Source: Thiocapsa sp.
Lineage (GTDB): Bacteria; Pseudomonadota; Gammaproteobacteria; Chromatiales; Chromatiaceae
NCBI RefSeq assembly: GCF_018399035.1
Contig: NZ_CP073760.1
Span: 4,288,269 to 4,352,268 of the forward strand
DNA length: 64,000 nt
Direction: 5' to 3'
Part shown: piece by piece, positions 8,776 to 18,591 of the stretch
How the letters are laid out: the number at the start of each line of letters is the position of its first letter
How positions within the stretch are numbered: position 1 is the stretch's first letter
The notes under the pieces: generated by a model
What the model was told of the DNA's origin: nothing
What the model saw: the letters and a program-made list of their open reading frames with translations, nothing else
Database searches by the model: none
Program-made: the position numbers and the translations under genes

Positions 8776-10929
8776 ATGTATGGGATCGATCGGGTGCTGC
8801 AGGTCCTTTGGCATTGGTTGCCGCTGAGTGGAAGGTTTAGGTTCGCCGTCAAGTCTTTTGCATTTCGGACCCTTCGGCCATGGTTCAGGGGCACGTCCGC
8901 CTTTAGCGATTGGGTCGAGCAGCAGCAGTGGTCGGACCGCAGCGCGAAGAATGGTACGGAGGATGCACTTGGCGTTTTTGACGGGCCGAGCCCTACACGT
9001 TTGCAAATTGCCTCCGGGGTATCGGATTTGCCGGTGGTGTCCGTAATTATTACGGTTTGTCATCGACTTAAAGACCCAATTGCGTGCATCGATTCCATCG
9101 CTACGCATCCGCCTGCGGTTCCGATCGAGGTCATCGTCATCGACGGTCGCCCGGGCAATGACGTCGATGCGTCTTTAGCTGAGCGCTGTGATATTCGGTA
9201 TCTGCGGATTTCCAAAGATCTCGGCGTCGTGGCCGCCGCGAATAGAGGCGCTGCGCAGGCCCGGGGTGATTTTGTATTTTATCTAACGCAAGACATCCGG
9301 GTTCTTGCCGGGTGGTTGGACGCGTCGATGGCGATCGCGTCGCGAATCCCCGAGGCAGGGGTCGTCGGGAGTCAGCTCTTGTTTCCGAATGGCCGAGTGA
9401 AGGAAGCCGGCCGTATCATCGGGAATGACGGTCGCGCTCGGCGCTACGGCCATCAGCAAGACCCAAGAGCTCCGGAGCTCGGTTTCGTGCGCGATGCCGA
9501 TGCTTTCTCCGGCGATGCGATCCTGGTTCGCCGTAAGTTACTGCAGGATGTCGGCGGTTTCGATCCGAAGTACTCCTGTATCGACTTCGCGGCAATGGAT
9601 CTGTGTTTTGCCCTGCAGGCTCGCGGCTTTCGCGTCATCTATCAGCCGCGCTCGCAGGTCTTCCAGGAGAAACGGGGCCTCACAAGTTGCGATGCCTCGG
9701 GTCGTGAGAACGCCGGTGCGGATCCGGATCGTCATCACTTTACTGCGAAATGGCGGGAGAACTTTGCTGTGCGTTCCGGGTTCGACGAACGGAAAGAGGG
9801 CATCGACGCCGATCGCCGACCTAGGGCGCGGATGCTGATCATCGATGCCTGCACCCCGACGCCTGACCGGGATTCGGGCTCGATCGATCTGCTCAACTAT
9901 TTGCGCGTCCTCGAATCGCTCGACTATCGTGTCACCTTCATGCCGGCGGATCTCTTGTACGCAGGACCCTATACCAGAGATCTCCAGGATTTGGGTGTCG
10001 AGTGTCTCTATTTGCCTTTTGCGCATTCCGCCGAGAAAGTTCTCCGAGCTCGCGGCGATGAATTCGATGTCGTCATGCTTATGCGCCTGGGGCAAGGATC
10101 AAGGTATCTGAAGCGTGTTCGCGCATGTTGTCCGCGCGCGAAGGTTATTTTCAATACGGTCGATCTGCATTATCTGCGCGAGGAGCGGCGGGAGGTAACT
10201 CAGTCCGGAATGCGGGTCAGATCGATTGCCCGCCGCATGAAAGAGCAAGAGCTTGAGGTTGTACGTGAGGCCGACAGTACCATCGTCATCAGTCCGTTCG
10301 AGCGCGAGCTGCTCGCCAAGGAGGTGCCGGCGGCACGCCTACAGGTTATTCCGCTGTTGCGCGAGATTCCAGGCCGCAGTTCGGGCTACGGCGGGAGACG
10401 AGGTATTCTTTTTATCGGCGGTTTTCGTCCCCCGCCGAATGTGGATGCCATCGTCTGGTTTTGCGAGTGCGTCTGGCCTAGCGTGCGTCGTCGGTTGCCC
10501 GAGACCGAGCTTTTGATTGTCGGGAGCTATCCGTCTCCTCGGATTCTTGGACTCAAGGGAAACGGCGTGGAGGTTTTGGGCTATGTCGAGGACATCGAGC
10601 CGCTGTTTGCTCGGGTACGTCTGACGATCGCACCGCTCCGTTACGGCGCTGGGCTTAAAGGCAAGGTGGTGACCAGTCTTGGATACGGAGTGCCCTGTGT
10701 CGTGACTCCGACGGCCGCCGAGGGACTTGGGTTGGACGACGGTCAGGGCATTCTTGTGGCTGCAGAGTCCGAGGCGTTCGCTGCAGCGATCGTGCAGCTC
10801 TACGGGACTGCCGATGAGTGGGAGCGTTCTTCGTTGGCTGGTCTACGCGCGGTTACGGAGCGTTTTTCGGTCAGCGCGAATCGACCTCGGATACTGGACC
10901 TGTTGGCGGAGCTGGGTTTGCCCGCTTGA
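8776..10929 (+). CDS. Bifunctional glycosyltransferase (N-terminal GT2, C-terminal GT-B/GT4-like)
   Basis: ORF 8722..10929, with the first ATG at 8776. Motifs: VVSVIITVCH...VIVIDGRPGND...DFVFYLTQD (GT2) and GILFIGGFRPPPNVDA...LRYGAGLKGKVVTSLGYGVPCVVT (GT-B). Confidence 0.8.
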   Translation: MYGIDRVLQVLWHWLPLSGRFRFAVKSFAFRTLRPWFRGTSAFSDWVEQQQWSDRSAKNGTEDALGVFDGPSPTRLQIASGVSDLPVVSVIITVCHRLKDPIACIDSIATHPPAVPIEVIVIDGRPGNDVDASLAERCDIRYLRISKDLGVVAAANRGAAQARGDFVFYLTQDIRVLAGWLDASMAIASRIPEAGVVGSQLLFPNGRVKEAGRIIGNDGRARRYGHQQDPRAPELGFVRDADAFSGDAILVRRKLLQDVGGFDPKYSCIDFAAMDLCFALQARGFRVIYQPRSQVFQEKRGLTSCDASGRENAGADPDRHHFTAKWRENFAVRSGFDERKEGIDADRRPRARMLIIDACTPTPDRDSGSIDLLNYLRVLESLDYRVTFMPADLLYAGPYTRDLQDLGVECLYLPFAHSAEKVLRARGDEFDVVMLMRLGQGSRYLKRVRACCPRAKVIFNTVDLHYLREERREVTQSGMRVRSIARRMKEQELEVVREADSTIVISPFERELLAKEVPAARLQVIPLLREIPGRSSGYGGRRGILFIGGFRPPPNVDAIVWFCECVWPSVRRRLPETELLIVGSYPSPRILGLKGNGVEVLGYVEDIEPLFARVRLTIAPLRYGAGLKGKVVTSLGYGVPCVVTPTAAEGLGLDDGQGILVAAESEAFAAAIVQLYGTADEWERSSLAGLRAVTERFSVSANRPRILDLLAELGLPA

Positions 10930-11230
10930 GATTGACTGGCGCCTCAATCGAAGTACGAGACAACGCTTCCATACCCTCGCTGCTTGATCCCGGCCGCTAT
11001 CCTCCGATCCCTGATGTCGTGCGAGTCTAGTATCCAGAAGCTGTTGTGAAATTGCACGACCTCTCTGCTTGTTATAATCATGGTTCGACAGCCGAAAAAT
11101 GTGCGGCAAGTGAGTTGGGTCCAGCGGTAAAGGGGTCCGGGAAGCGTTCGCGCAGGTCCGGGCGGGCACGGTAGGCGAGTCGATGCTCACGCAGGATGGG
11201 CGAGCCGTCCGAATAAGAACCGTAAGCCCA

Positions 11231-12106
11231 TCAACCAAAGGGTAGTCCGGAAGAGGCATTGGCGACTAGGCGGGACCGGTACCAATGCATCAACTCGAAG
11301 ACGGCGACTCGACCACCTGCGTAGCGTTCCAGCATTGTTTCTCCGGCCCCGTTGATCTTCGTGAAATGGAAAAAACGCAACGGCTGGTCCGCAGCGAAGA
11401 TTCTGCCGTCTTCTCTGATCGAGATCGGTCGTCGACTCAAGTTCCAGCTTGCGACGTTGTAACCGGGGTCGCGGAGGACGTGGACACCCGGAAAGAAGGC
11501 CGGCGCAAGATCGCACCAACGCTGGTCGGTAAAGATGCCGTTCGGGATATCGTCGAAACAGAACTCAAGAAGTCGGTCACGCCACCACTGCGCGAAGCGA
11601 TAGCCCTCTACGGTGTTGGCTACAGCAAGGAATCCGAGGTTAAAGATGCCGTGCTTCAGTGACCCGATTTCGTTGTCGAGGATCGTTTGGCGCTCATTGT
11701 CGGGCTCAAGCTGGTGAGGCGTAAGAAGGACGTCGTGGCGGTCGAGAAGCGCTTGGACGTTGTGAAGGTCTCCAAAGAGTGCGATGTCGGGGTCGAGATA
11801 GACGACCTTGTCCGCGCCCGCATCAAGAAGTCGACAGAGCATCTGCCCTTTCACGGCTGTGCACAGCTCGATGACATCGTGATCGAAAACCCAACGGTCC
11901 AGATCTGCGATGCCGAGCTCCTCCACGCGCACGACGTGATCGATCGGCTCGCGTGCTGCGTCGAAAATGAAGCCCGCAGGCTCACGGTCGGACAGGCAGA
12001 GCCAGAACGTCCATTCGGGATGATAGCGGCGCAGTGACTCTCCGAGCACGCGAACGCGGTCAAGATACGCGAATGAGGCGCTGGTGAAACAATGGGTCTC
12101 AGACAT
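11231..12106 (-). CDS. GT-A fold nucleotide-sugar transferase (GT8-like), possibly truncated by an in-frame TGA
   Basis: 291-aa ORF with VVYLDPDIALFGD (DxD). The same frame continues after TGA 11231-11233 for 50 more codons to 11078 (WAYGSYSDGSPILREHRLAYRARPDLRERFPDPF...). Confidence 0.7.
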   Translation of the reverse strand: MSETHCFTSASFAYLDRVRVLGESLRRYHPEWTFWLCLSDREPAGFIFDAAREPIDHVVRVEELGIADLDRWVFDHDVIELCTAVKGQMLCRLLDAGADKVVYLDPDIALFGDLHNVQALLDRHDVLLTPHQLEPDNERQTILDNEIGSLKHGIFNLGFLAVANTVEGYRFAQWWRDRLLEFCFDDIPNGIFTDQRWCDLAPAFFPGVHVLRDPGYNVASWNLSRRPISIREDGRIFAADQPLRFFHFTKINGAGETMLERYAGGRVAVFELMHWYRSRLVANASSGLPFG

Positions 12107-12112
12107 AGATGC

Positions 12113-13794
12113 TCATGTGTCTTTCTCGTTCTCTTCCGCCACCATCGAGAGCGTTGGTTGCGCACGATTTGTTGACTGTGTTCGTAGCCAGTTGGCAGTG
12201 ACTTCTATCGGGAGTAGCGCGCCCCGGAGTTTTGGAGAGGATTCGACGAATTCCCGCAGCCGATCACCATCGAACAGACCAAACAGCGCTGCTTCGTCAG
12301 CAACAGCGCAGCCTTGATCGGGTGCATTGGCTGCGACTGCAGGCCAGACGTTGCCTGCACCGATTCTGGCAACGACGAATGCACCGCCGACTAGCGCCTC
12401 GTGGACGGAAAGCGAGAAGGTCTCAGGACAAAGTTGCCAACTCACGACGACGTCGATGCGCGACTCGGCGATCGCTTCGACCATTGCATTGCGTTGTTTC
12501 GTATCGACAATGACCGGAATGTTGCGAATAAAGCTGGGTAGAGGAGATCCGGAGTCCGGCGACCCGAGCTGCAGGAATTCGTATCGACCATCGTTGGCCA
12601 GGTGCAGTGCGAGATCCTCGAAAATCGACCATCCTTTTAGAAATGCCCTGGCGCCGAGGTGGGCTACACGAAGCGGTCTGCCAGGAGGGATAGGCATGGT
12701 GCTTCGCTCGGAAGGCGCGGTTATGATACGAGCAATAGGACACGCTTCGCCCTGCGCGTGAGGCAATCCACTACCACGTCGCCAAAGGCTTAGGGCGATT
12801 TCGGACGGTGCCAGCACCGAGGGATGCACTGCCTCGAAGAACTCTCTGATCCGCTTGAGATGAGGTTTACGCTCCTCTCCGTATGAGCAGATGTTGCAGG
12901 CAACGGACATCGGTGGCGGAGCGCCGCAGTAGTCGACATCGTTACGCATGAGCGCGTAACTGGGGCAGAGTGTAAAAAAGTCGTGGATCCAGACGATCGG
13001 GCGCAGATCACCGCTCGCACGGAGAAGCTCAAATACGAACTCAGGGGCGAACCCCATCAGGTGGTGAATGACACATCGCACCTCGATGCCCTGCCTACGC
13101 TGCTCTGCAACGGCGGCAATCAGGTCTACGAACCTGGCTACCCCAGTCCATTTGGTGTCTATTCGAAGGCTGACAGCGAAATCGTCTGCAGGCTCGGGGT
13201 CTGCGAGCATCGGCAGCGGTATCGCGGGAGAAACGTGGAGGTAACGCCAACCGGTTCGGCTGAACGTAGCCTGCTCATCGCCGATGACCAACTGAACACC
13301 ACCGTAGTTTCTGGCGTAGTCGTCATGGCTGAGAGATAGGATCAAACCGCGGCTGGCAGATGAGATCTCAACGGCATCCGATAGTGTGGTTTTCGAGATC
13401 GGCGGTGAACGCTCGGCGCCTTCGATCCATCTTTTCGCTTTGACTCGCGGCGACACGCTGTCTTCAAGCTGCCGCCGGAACGCATCGAGCGGACGGCGAC
13501 GTTGTCGGCCTTCTTGCGAGCCGGCCCAGATGAAATGGAGGAGTGGGTTGATGCCGGCTGCGGCAACGTCGGGGTTTTTGCGAGATAGTAGCCCGTGTCG
13601 AAGAATCGGCTGGGGTTGCGTCCCTCGCGCCAACCAGATTCGAGAAAGTGCGTCAGTGGATCAATGCCCGCGTCGCGCACATCACTATTGGACGCAAGAT
13701 AGTAGCCGCGGTCGAAATGCGCGGCGACCGCCCGGCGTTCGTCTTCGCTTGGGCGGTGCATTACGTCGGGATATCTTGCATCTAAGCTACCCAC
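12113..13794 (-). CDS. Putative glycosyltransferase (GT-B-like C-terminus) with two N-terminal NPDV/EGR repeats; -1 frame break in the given sequence
   Basis: ORFs 13342..13794 and 12113..13633 join as ...FFDTGYYLAK|NPDVAAAGINPLLHF if the T5 run (A5 on the coding strand) at 13575-13579 is one base longer. C-terminal motif: CPETFSLSVHEALVGGAFVV. Confidence 0.6.
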
Positions 13795-13822
13795 ACGCGA
13801 TCGCCTTTTGGTTGGTGAATCG

Positions 13823-13911
13823 GGCCTTGATCATAGTCCCGGCCAGTGCCTGACGAACAGTGCGTAGTCAGGGCTTCCAGCCCTAATTCTGTCAGGCCGG
13901 GATGGCCTGAC
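13823..13911. repeat. 89-bp multi-hairpin repeat, family D (copy 1)
   Basis: Near-identical inverted copy at 58723-58811. Internal palindromes include GTCAGGCC..GGCCTGAC. Confidence 0.8.
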
Positions 13912-13980
13912 TGTGCGGGCAGCAGTCCATGTGGTCGGAGTTATGAACAAGGCCGTGCATCGGTTAACGGCAACGCTTAA

Positions 13981-15384
13981 TCAGGCTCGATGTCGGACCA
14001 GGATCCGGCGCAAAACGGCGCGGAGACGCGGACTGCCGTGGATGATCCGACGGAGTGGAGACGTCAAGCGCCAAGTTGTGCTCATTTCGATCTCGATGGC
14101 TCGACGTTCTGCGGCTAGGGCGCGTTTCTCGAAATCGTCGGCACGGTCTCGCTCTACTCCAAGGGCGGAGAGGCGGTCAAGCGCCTCGACAGATGCGCGA
14201 GCCATTCGAGCCTCCGCGTACTGCGCGCGCTCTTGTTCGGATTCCAGTTGAGCGAGTCGCTCGTCGGCTCGCTCCTTTGCCTGTCTAAGCCCAGCCTCCG
14301 CGTTCTGCACGCGCTCGCGCTCGGTTTCCAGACGCGCGAGCCGCTCGTAGGCCAGCGTCTCGGCCTGTTGTAGTCCAGCTTCGGTTTCGGCTAGCCGGGC
14401 CAAAACATCTTTGTCCGGTAGCGGCTTCGGTTGCCAGCCGGGGCAGAGATAGGTTTCATACTCCTCGCCCCGAAGCCTGTGCACAGCGAGAGCGACCACC
14501 TCTGCGGCGCCGAGACCAACCCAATCACGTTCGCCCCAGCGGGGGGTGCGCCAAAGAGCCTCTTTAAGGTCGTCTTGGTGGTTAACGCGGCGGAGGATGC
14601 AGCCATGACGGAGCATCTCTTCATCCAGCACAGGCGGCGTTTTCGGTGCAGCGAGTATTCCGGCTTCATAGGCTAGTGGTAAAATTGAGACGGTATCGCC
14701 TAGAAAGTTGTCCGGGTTGTGGGCAGGAAAAGCGAAGTAGTAGAGATCCAATCCCCAAGATAGGAGTAAGGCTGCAATGTCCAAGGAGCTCGGGTCTTCT
14801 CTGCACTCGACCCAGATGCTGGTTTCGCCACATCTGAGGTGCTCGGCGTCGCTCTCGAGAACGCCGAGCTCCATCCCTTCCAGGTCGAGCTTTACGAGGT
14901 CGAAGGCTCCGTGTACCGCACGAAGCTCGGCGAGGGTGACAAGGCGTTGCTGAAAGACGGTTTGGCTCCCCGGTGAGGGAGTGGCGCTATCGCCTCCTGC
15001 AACGAAGGACGTCGCACCAAGGTTGCACGGGTCGCAGAGCCCATCATGGAAAGTGCAAGCGGGCCATCCGAGAATCCCTTCGATGACACTGAAAGTGCCT
15101 TTGTGGTTGCGTGCGACATTCTCCTTAAGTAAGGGGATCAGTGCGCTGTTTGCCTCGATCAAGCAGAGATGATCGACGTGCCGCTGGAGCGCGATACCGA
15201 GACCGAAGGTGCCAATGAATGCCCCTGCGTCCAGAATACGAACTCGATCTCTCGGTAGCGTACCGGCAACGAAACGGGCTTCCTCCCACGCCCATTCTCC
15301 GTAGCGATCCAGGAAGCGTCCTATTAGATCCGTCGCCGTGTCCGGAACCGTTAGAGTTCCGTAACGTGTATCAACCTCAGCCAT
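13981..15384 (-). CDS. FkbM-type SAM-dependent methyltransferase with C-terminal coiled coil
   Basis: 467-aa ORF. Motifs: RILDAGAFIGTFGLGIA (SAM-binding glycine motif) and LVKLDLEGMELGVL. The C-terminal ~130 aa are heptad-rich and end in STTWRLTSPLRR. Confidence 0.6.
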   Translation of the reverse strand: MAEVDTRYGTLTVPDTATDLIGRFLDRYGEWAWEEARFVAGTLPRDRVRILDAGAFIGTFGLGIALQRHVDHLCLIEANSALIPLLKENVARNHKGTFSVIEGILGWPACTFHDGLCDPCNLGATSFVAGGDSATPSPGSQTVFQQRLVTLAELRAVHGAFDLVKLDLEGMELGVLESDAEHLRCGETSIWVECREDPSSLDIAALLLSWGLDLYYFAFPAHNPDNFLGDTVSILPLAYEAGILAAPKTPPVLDEEMLRHGCILRRVNHQDDLKEALWRTPRWGERDWVGLGAAEVVALAVHRLRGEEYETYLCPGWQPKPLPDKDVLARLAETEAGLQQAETLAYERLARLETERERVQNAEAGLRQAKERADERLAQLESEQERAQYAEARMARASVEALDRLSALGVERDRADDFEKRALAAERRAIEIEMSTTWRLTSPLRRIIHGSPRLRAVLRRILVRHRA

Positions 15385-15482
15385 TTCGAGCCTAATCAGT
15401 TAGACCAACGTTTACTGTCGAGATGCGACGCTGGAAGAATTCGAGCCGCGGGCCTCTTCTCCCGGCGAACGTCTAGATTTTA

Positions 15483-15563
15483 AACCGCGCCCAGTGCGGT
15501 ATGCGATGTTTATGGATGGGATCGGCCCCGGCGGATTTCAGAGCCGCTGGAGCCGGCGCGGTT
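15483..15563. mobile_element. TA-flanked MITE with AACCGCG terminal inverted repeats (subfamily 1)
   Basis: Structure TA|AACCGCGCC...GGCGCGGTT|TA, 81 bp. Near-identical to 35068-35148. Confidence 0.8.
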
Positions 15564-15590
15564 TAAGGTATTAAAAAATATAAAATTTTA

Positions 15591-15671
15591 AACCGCGTTC
15601 CCCGCTAAGGGTCGTGGATTCACCAAACTTCGAACTCACTCGAAAGTGAGCATCTCGCTCTGGACGCGGTT
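15591..15671. mobile_element. TA-flanked AACCGCG-TIR MITE (subfamily 2)
   Basis: Structure TA|AACCGCGTT...ACGCGGTT|TA, 81 bp. The inverted copy is at 32336-32415. Separated from the previous MITE by a conserved 23-nt AT-rich spacer. Confidence 0.8.
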
Positions 15672-15754
15672 TAGGGCGAAAAATTTAGCTTTTGAAAACA
15701 CGTTGGGAGGCCAAGTTCCGCATTTTCAGTCTGGCTCGGGTCACCGGACCCTTA

Positions 15755-15888
15755 GGCGAATTCCGGAAACCTTCATGCCAAGGGTGTAGTTTGTGCCGAG
15801 CCGTGCGAGGCACAACCAACCGTAGGCGCAAGTTGTGCTTCCTAATCGTCAGCACAACCTACGGGTATGGAAGTTTGCAGAAATCGCC
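15755..15888. mobile_element. 134-bp MITE family A (IS-end-like TIRs around a GTAG REP doublet), flanked by TTA/TTA
   Basis: Left end GGCGAATTCCGGAAAC, right end GTTTGCAGAAATCGCC, with TTA on both sides (15752-54, 15889-91). The core is GTAGGTTGTGCC..GGCACAACC / GTTGTGC..GCACAACCTAC. Confidence 0.75.
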
Positions 15889-16685
15889 TTAATGCTCGAC
15901 TTCGGCCATTTCCGTGGCTCGGGAGGGCCGGGAGGTGCCTGGAGCGATGGTGACGGACCCGATTGATTTGGCGGCAGAGTGCCGAGGGCGGTATCGTCCG
16001 ATGTCGACCAAAAACCACGGACGTGCCCGAGCATGTTCTCTCTGCCGACCTCGATTGTATCTGTTCTGCAGCCCTTTGACTGCCTGTTCACCTGTCCGAC
16101 CCTGGCGCATGAGCACGGCTTGCCGGCGGGAACGCTGCTGGCGCAGGTGCCGCGCACGATGGGGCTGAGCGCGGAGCGGCGCTTCGAGCTATCATCGGGT
16201 GCTGAATCGGGAGCAGTGTTCGCCGCGCCAACGGGAAGGTTACAGGAGTCAAGCTGACAGTGTAAAGATCTCGCGAAGCTGACAAGGCGCCCGCAGCAAA
16301 GAAATAGTGGTTGATGATGGCTCCGGCTGAGCCCCGTGCATCTTCACGATCCGTGGATGACGGTGCTTGAGCTTGTCGCGATGATATTCGACAGCCGCGT
16401 ACATGCGCACAGAATAGACGCGGTACAATGAGATCTGGGGGGATCAAATAGAAAGATATGACGAACGCTTACACACCTAAGGAGGCTCGATGACCGCGTT
16501 GGTAAGTAACGAGGTGGAGCCGGCGCGTGACATGCGTTGTTCGACATCCCTTTCACGGATACACTTATCTCTGTCGCTTGAGGTTTGTGTTTGATGTGCG
16601 TCTCCTTTACTCGTCTGGATCCTTATGAATTCGATCATGCGATATAAGTTCTTGTCTGAAGTCGCCTCTGCGGAAGTCTACTGTG

Positions 16686-17537
16686 ATGTCAACTAACGCC
16701 GAACGAGTCCAGTCGCCTTTGATTCAGCAGCTTCGCTTCGGCTTGCAGCCTGAGCAATTACGCCTTGCCTTGGACGATATCCTTGAAGGTTGGCGCCGTC
16801 GCGAGCTCTGGGCGACGCTCGGACTCCACGATGTGCGCCAGCGCTACCGGCGCTCGACGCTCGGTCCTTTTTGGATCACCATCTCGATGGGCGTCATGGT
16901 CTTTGCTTTGGGGCTTCTATACGGTCAGATCTTCGGCCAGGATCTGCAGGAGTATCTACCGTTCCTCGCTGCAGGCTTTATCATATGGGGCCTTGTCTCG
17001 GCAATCATTTTAGGTGGTTGCACAACCTTTATCGCGGCGGAGGGCATGATCCGGCAGCTCAATGCGCCCGTCTCGATCTATGCCTACCGTGAATTGTGGT
17101 CCGGGGTCATTTCCTTTGCCCACAACATCTGGATCTTCGTGGCCGTGGCCTGGTGGTTTGACGTGGGTGTGACCTGGAACATTCTCTGGGTTTTGCCTGC
17201 AGTCTTGATTCTCCTGATCAACGGCTTCTGGATGGCGCTCTTTTTCGGTCTATTGAGCGCGCGCTTTCGCGATGTTCCGCTCATTGTCGGTAGTGTGGTT
17301 CAGGTGCTCTTTTTCCTGACGCCGGTAATTTGGCGGCCCGAGATGTTGCCGGATCGCGCCTTGTTCCTGCAGCTCAATCCCTTTTATCACATGGTCGAGA
17401 TCCTGCGTGCGCCGATGCTGGGCAACGCCCCTGCCTTTGAAAACTGGCTAGCGGTCTTGCTCATCGCGGTGTTCGGGTGGGTGATTACACTCTTTTTTTA
17501 TTCCGCCTACCGTTGGCGGATTGCCTACTGGGTTTGA
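16686..17537 (+). CDS. Polysaccharide/O-antigen ABC exporter permease (ABC-2, Wzm/KpsM family)
   Basis: ORF 16683..17537 (GTG 16683, ATG 16686). Multi-TM protein with LGPFWITISMGVMV and a typical ABC-2 signature region. Immediately upstream of the ATPase gene. Confidence 0.85.
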   Translation: MSTNAERVQSPLIQQLRFGLQPEQLRLALDDILEGWRRRELWATLGLHDVRQRYRRSTLGPFWITISMGVMVFALGLLYGQIFGQDLQEYLPFLAAGFIIWGLVSAIILGGCTTFIAAEGMIRQLNAPVSIYAYRELWSGVISFAHNIWIFVAVAWWFDVGVTWNILWVLPAVLILLINGFWMALFFGLLSARFRDVPLIVGSVVQVLFFLTPVIWRPEMLPDRALFLQLNPFYHMVEILRAPMLGNAPAFENWLAVLLIAVFGWVITLFFYSAYRWRIAYWV

Positions 17538-17548
17538 GGATAGGGACG

Positions 17549-18532
17549 ATGGCATCAATCACTTTGGAGAAGGTCTCGGTCTCTTTCCCGGTCTATAGCT
17601 CGGCGACGCGATCGATCAAGAATCGATTGATACAGAGTGCGACGGGCGGACAGATTCGCTCCGAGTCCGGCTCGGATCGGATCTCGGTTGTACAGGCACT
17701 GCAGGATATCAATCTCAAGCTCGAAAGCGGAGATCGGATCGGATTGGTGGGGCATAACGGGGCGGGCAAGACGACGCTGCTTCGTGTGCTTGGCGGCATC
17801 TACGAGCCGAACGAAGGGCGGGTGTCCATTCAGGGTTCAACCGTGCCCTTGTTCGATATCAGTCTCGGGATGGATCCCGAAAGCACCGGCTATGAGAATA
17901 TCCTCCTCCGCGGACTCTATCTGGGTCTGAGCCGCTCCCAGATGCGTGCGCGGTTGGACGAGATCGCCGATTTTACGGAGCTGGGAGACTTCCTCAACCT
18001 TCCGATTCGCACCTATTCGGCCGGGATGCGGATGCGCCTGGCGTTTGCGGTGTCGACCTCGGTCGCGCCGGACATCCTCTTGATCGACGAAGGTATCGGG
18101 GCCGGGGATGCCGCTTTCCTGGAAAAGGCAAGCCAGCGCTTGAAGCTGTTCACCGAACAGGTCTCGATCATCGTGCTCTCGTCGCATTCCGAGGCGTTGA
18201 TCTCGAAGATGTGCACCAAGGCCGTGTTGATGGAGCACGGTCGTGTGGTCGGGGCAGGCACGACCGAGGCGGTGCTGGAGCAGTATAAAGCGTTGCGCGA
18301 CGGATCTCCGAAAGCGCCGCCGCTCGAGGCTGCGATCTCGCGCGCGTCTACGCCGCAGAAGGCCATTGCGGCGGCGCCCAGTGTGGCAGGCTTAGCGACG
18401 CCCGCAAAAGAGCGAGCCGATTGGGCGGACCAAACCGCGCATTTGCTCCGCGAGCATCGCTGGCAGGATGTGGATCTGGACCGTCTGGTGAAGGAGATGG
18501 AGTCGCTCGCGCGTCCTGAGACGAGGAATTGA
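17549..18532 (+). CDS. Polysaccharide ABC exporter ATP-binding protein (Wzt/KpsT family) with an aberrant C-terminal tail
   Basis: ATG at 17549 (MASITLEKV). Walker A GHNGAGKTT, signature YSAGMRMRL, Walker B ILLIDE. The last ~45 aa (DWADQTAHLLREHRWQDVDLDRLVKEMESLAR) look like the N-terminus of a DUF29 protein. Confidence 0.85.
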   Translation: MASITLEKVSVSFPVYSSATRSIKNRLIQSATGGQIRSESGSDRISVVQALQDINLKLESGDRIGLVGHNGAGKTTLLRVLGGIYEPNEGRVSIQGSTVPLFDISLGMDPESTGYENILLRGLYLGLSRSQMRARLDEIADFTELGDFLNLPIRTYSAGMRMRLAFAVSTSVAPDILLIDEGIGAGDAAFLEKASQRLKLFTEQVSIIVLSSHSEALISKMCTKAVLMEHGRVVGAGTTEAVLEQYKALRDGSPKAPPLEAAISRASTPQKAIAAAPSVAGLATPAKERADWADQTAHLLREHRWQDVDLDRLVKEMESLARPETRN

Positions 18533-18591
18533 GTGGCTAAGCCTGCCGCCGAGGGTTGGTTGTGCCGCGCACGCCTCGGCACACAGGCGCC

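Noticed and set aside
11231-11233. Whether the in-frame TGA in the GT8-like gene could encode selenocysteine.
   Set aside because: There is no obvious SECIS-like hairpin immediately downstream and no redox-type context. A TGG-to-TGA change or a base-call error is simpler.
15987-15994. GGCGGTAT, resembling the ops/JUMPstart core GGCGGTAG, ~700 nt upstream of the ABC transporter genes.
   Set aside because: One mismatch at a critical position, a single occurrence and a long distance from the first gene. This cannot be supported as an RfaH site from sequence alone.
15892-16680. A ~790-bp stretch upstream of the ABC permease containing only short overlapping ORFs (e.g. 15979..16257).
   Set aside because: No frame shows recognisable motifs or convincing length, so it is left unannotated. 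It may be a leader or promoter region, or decayed sequence.
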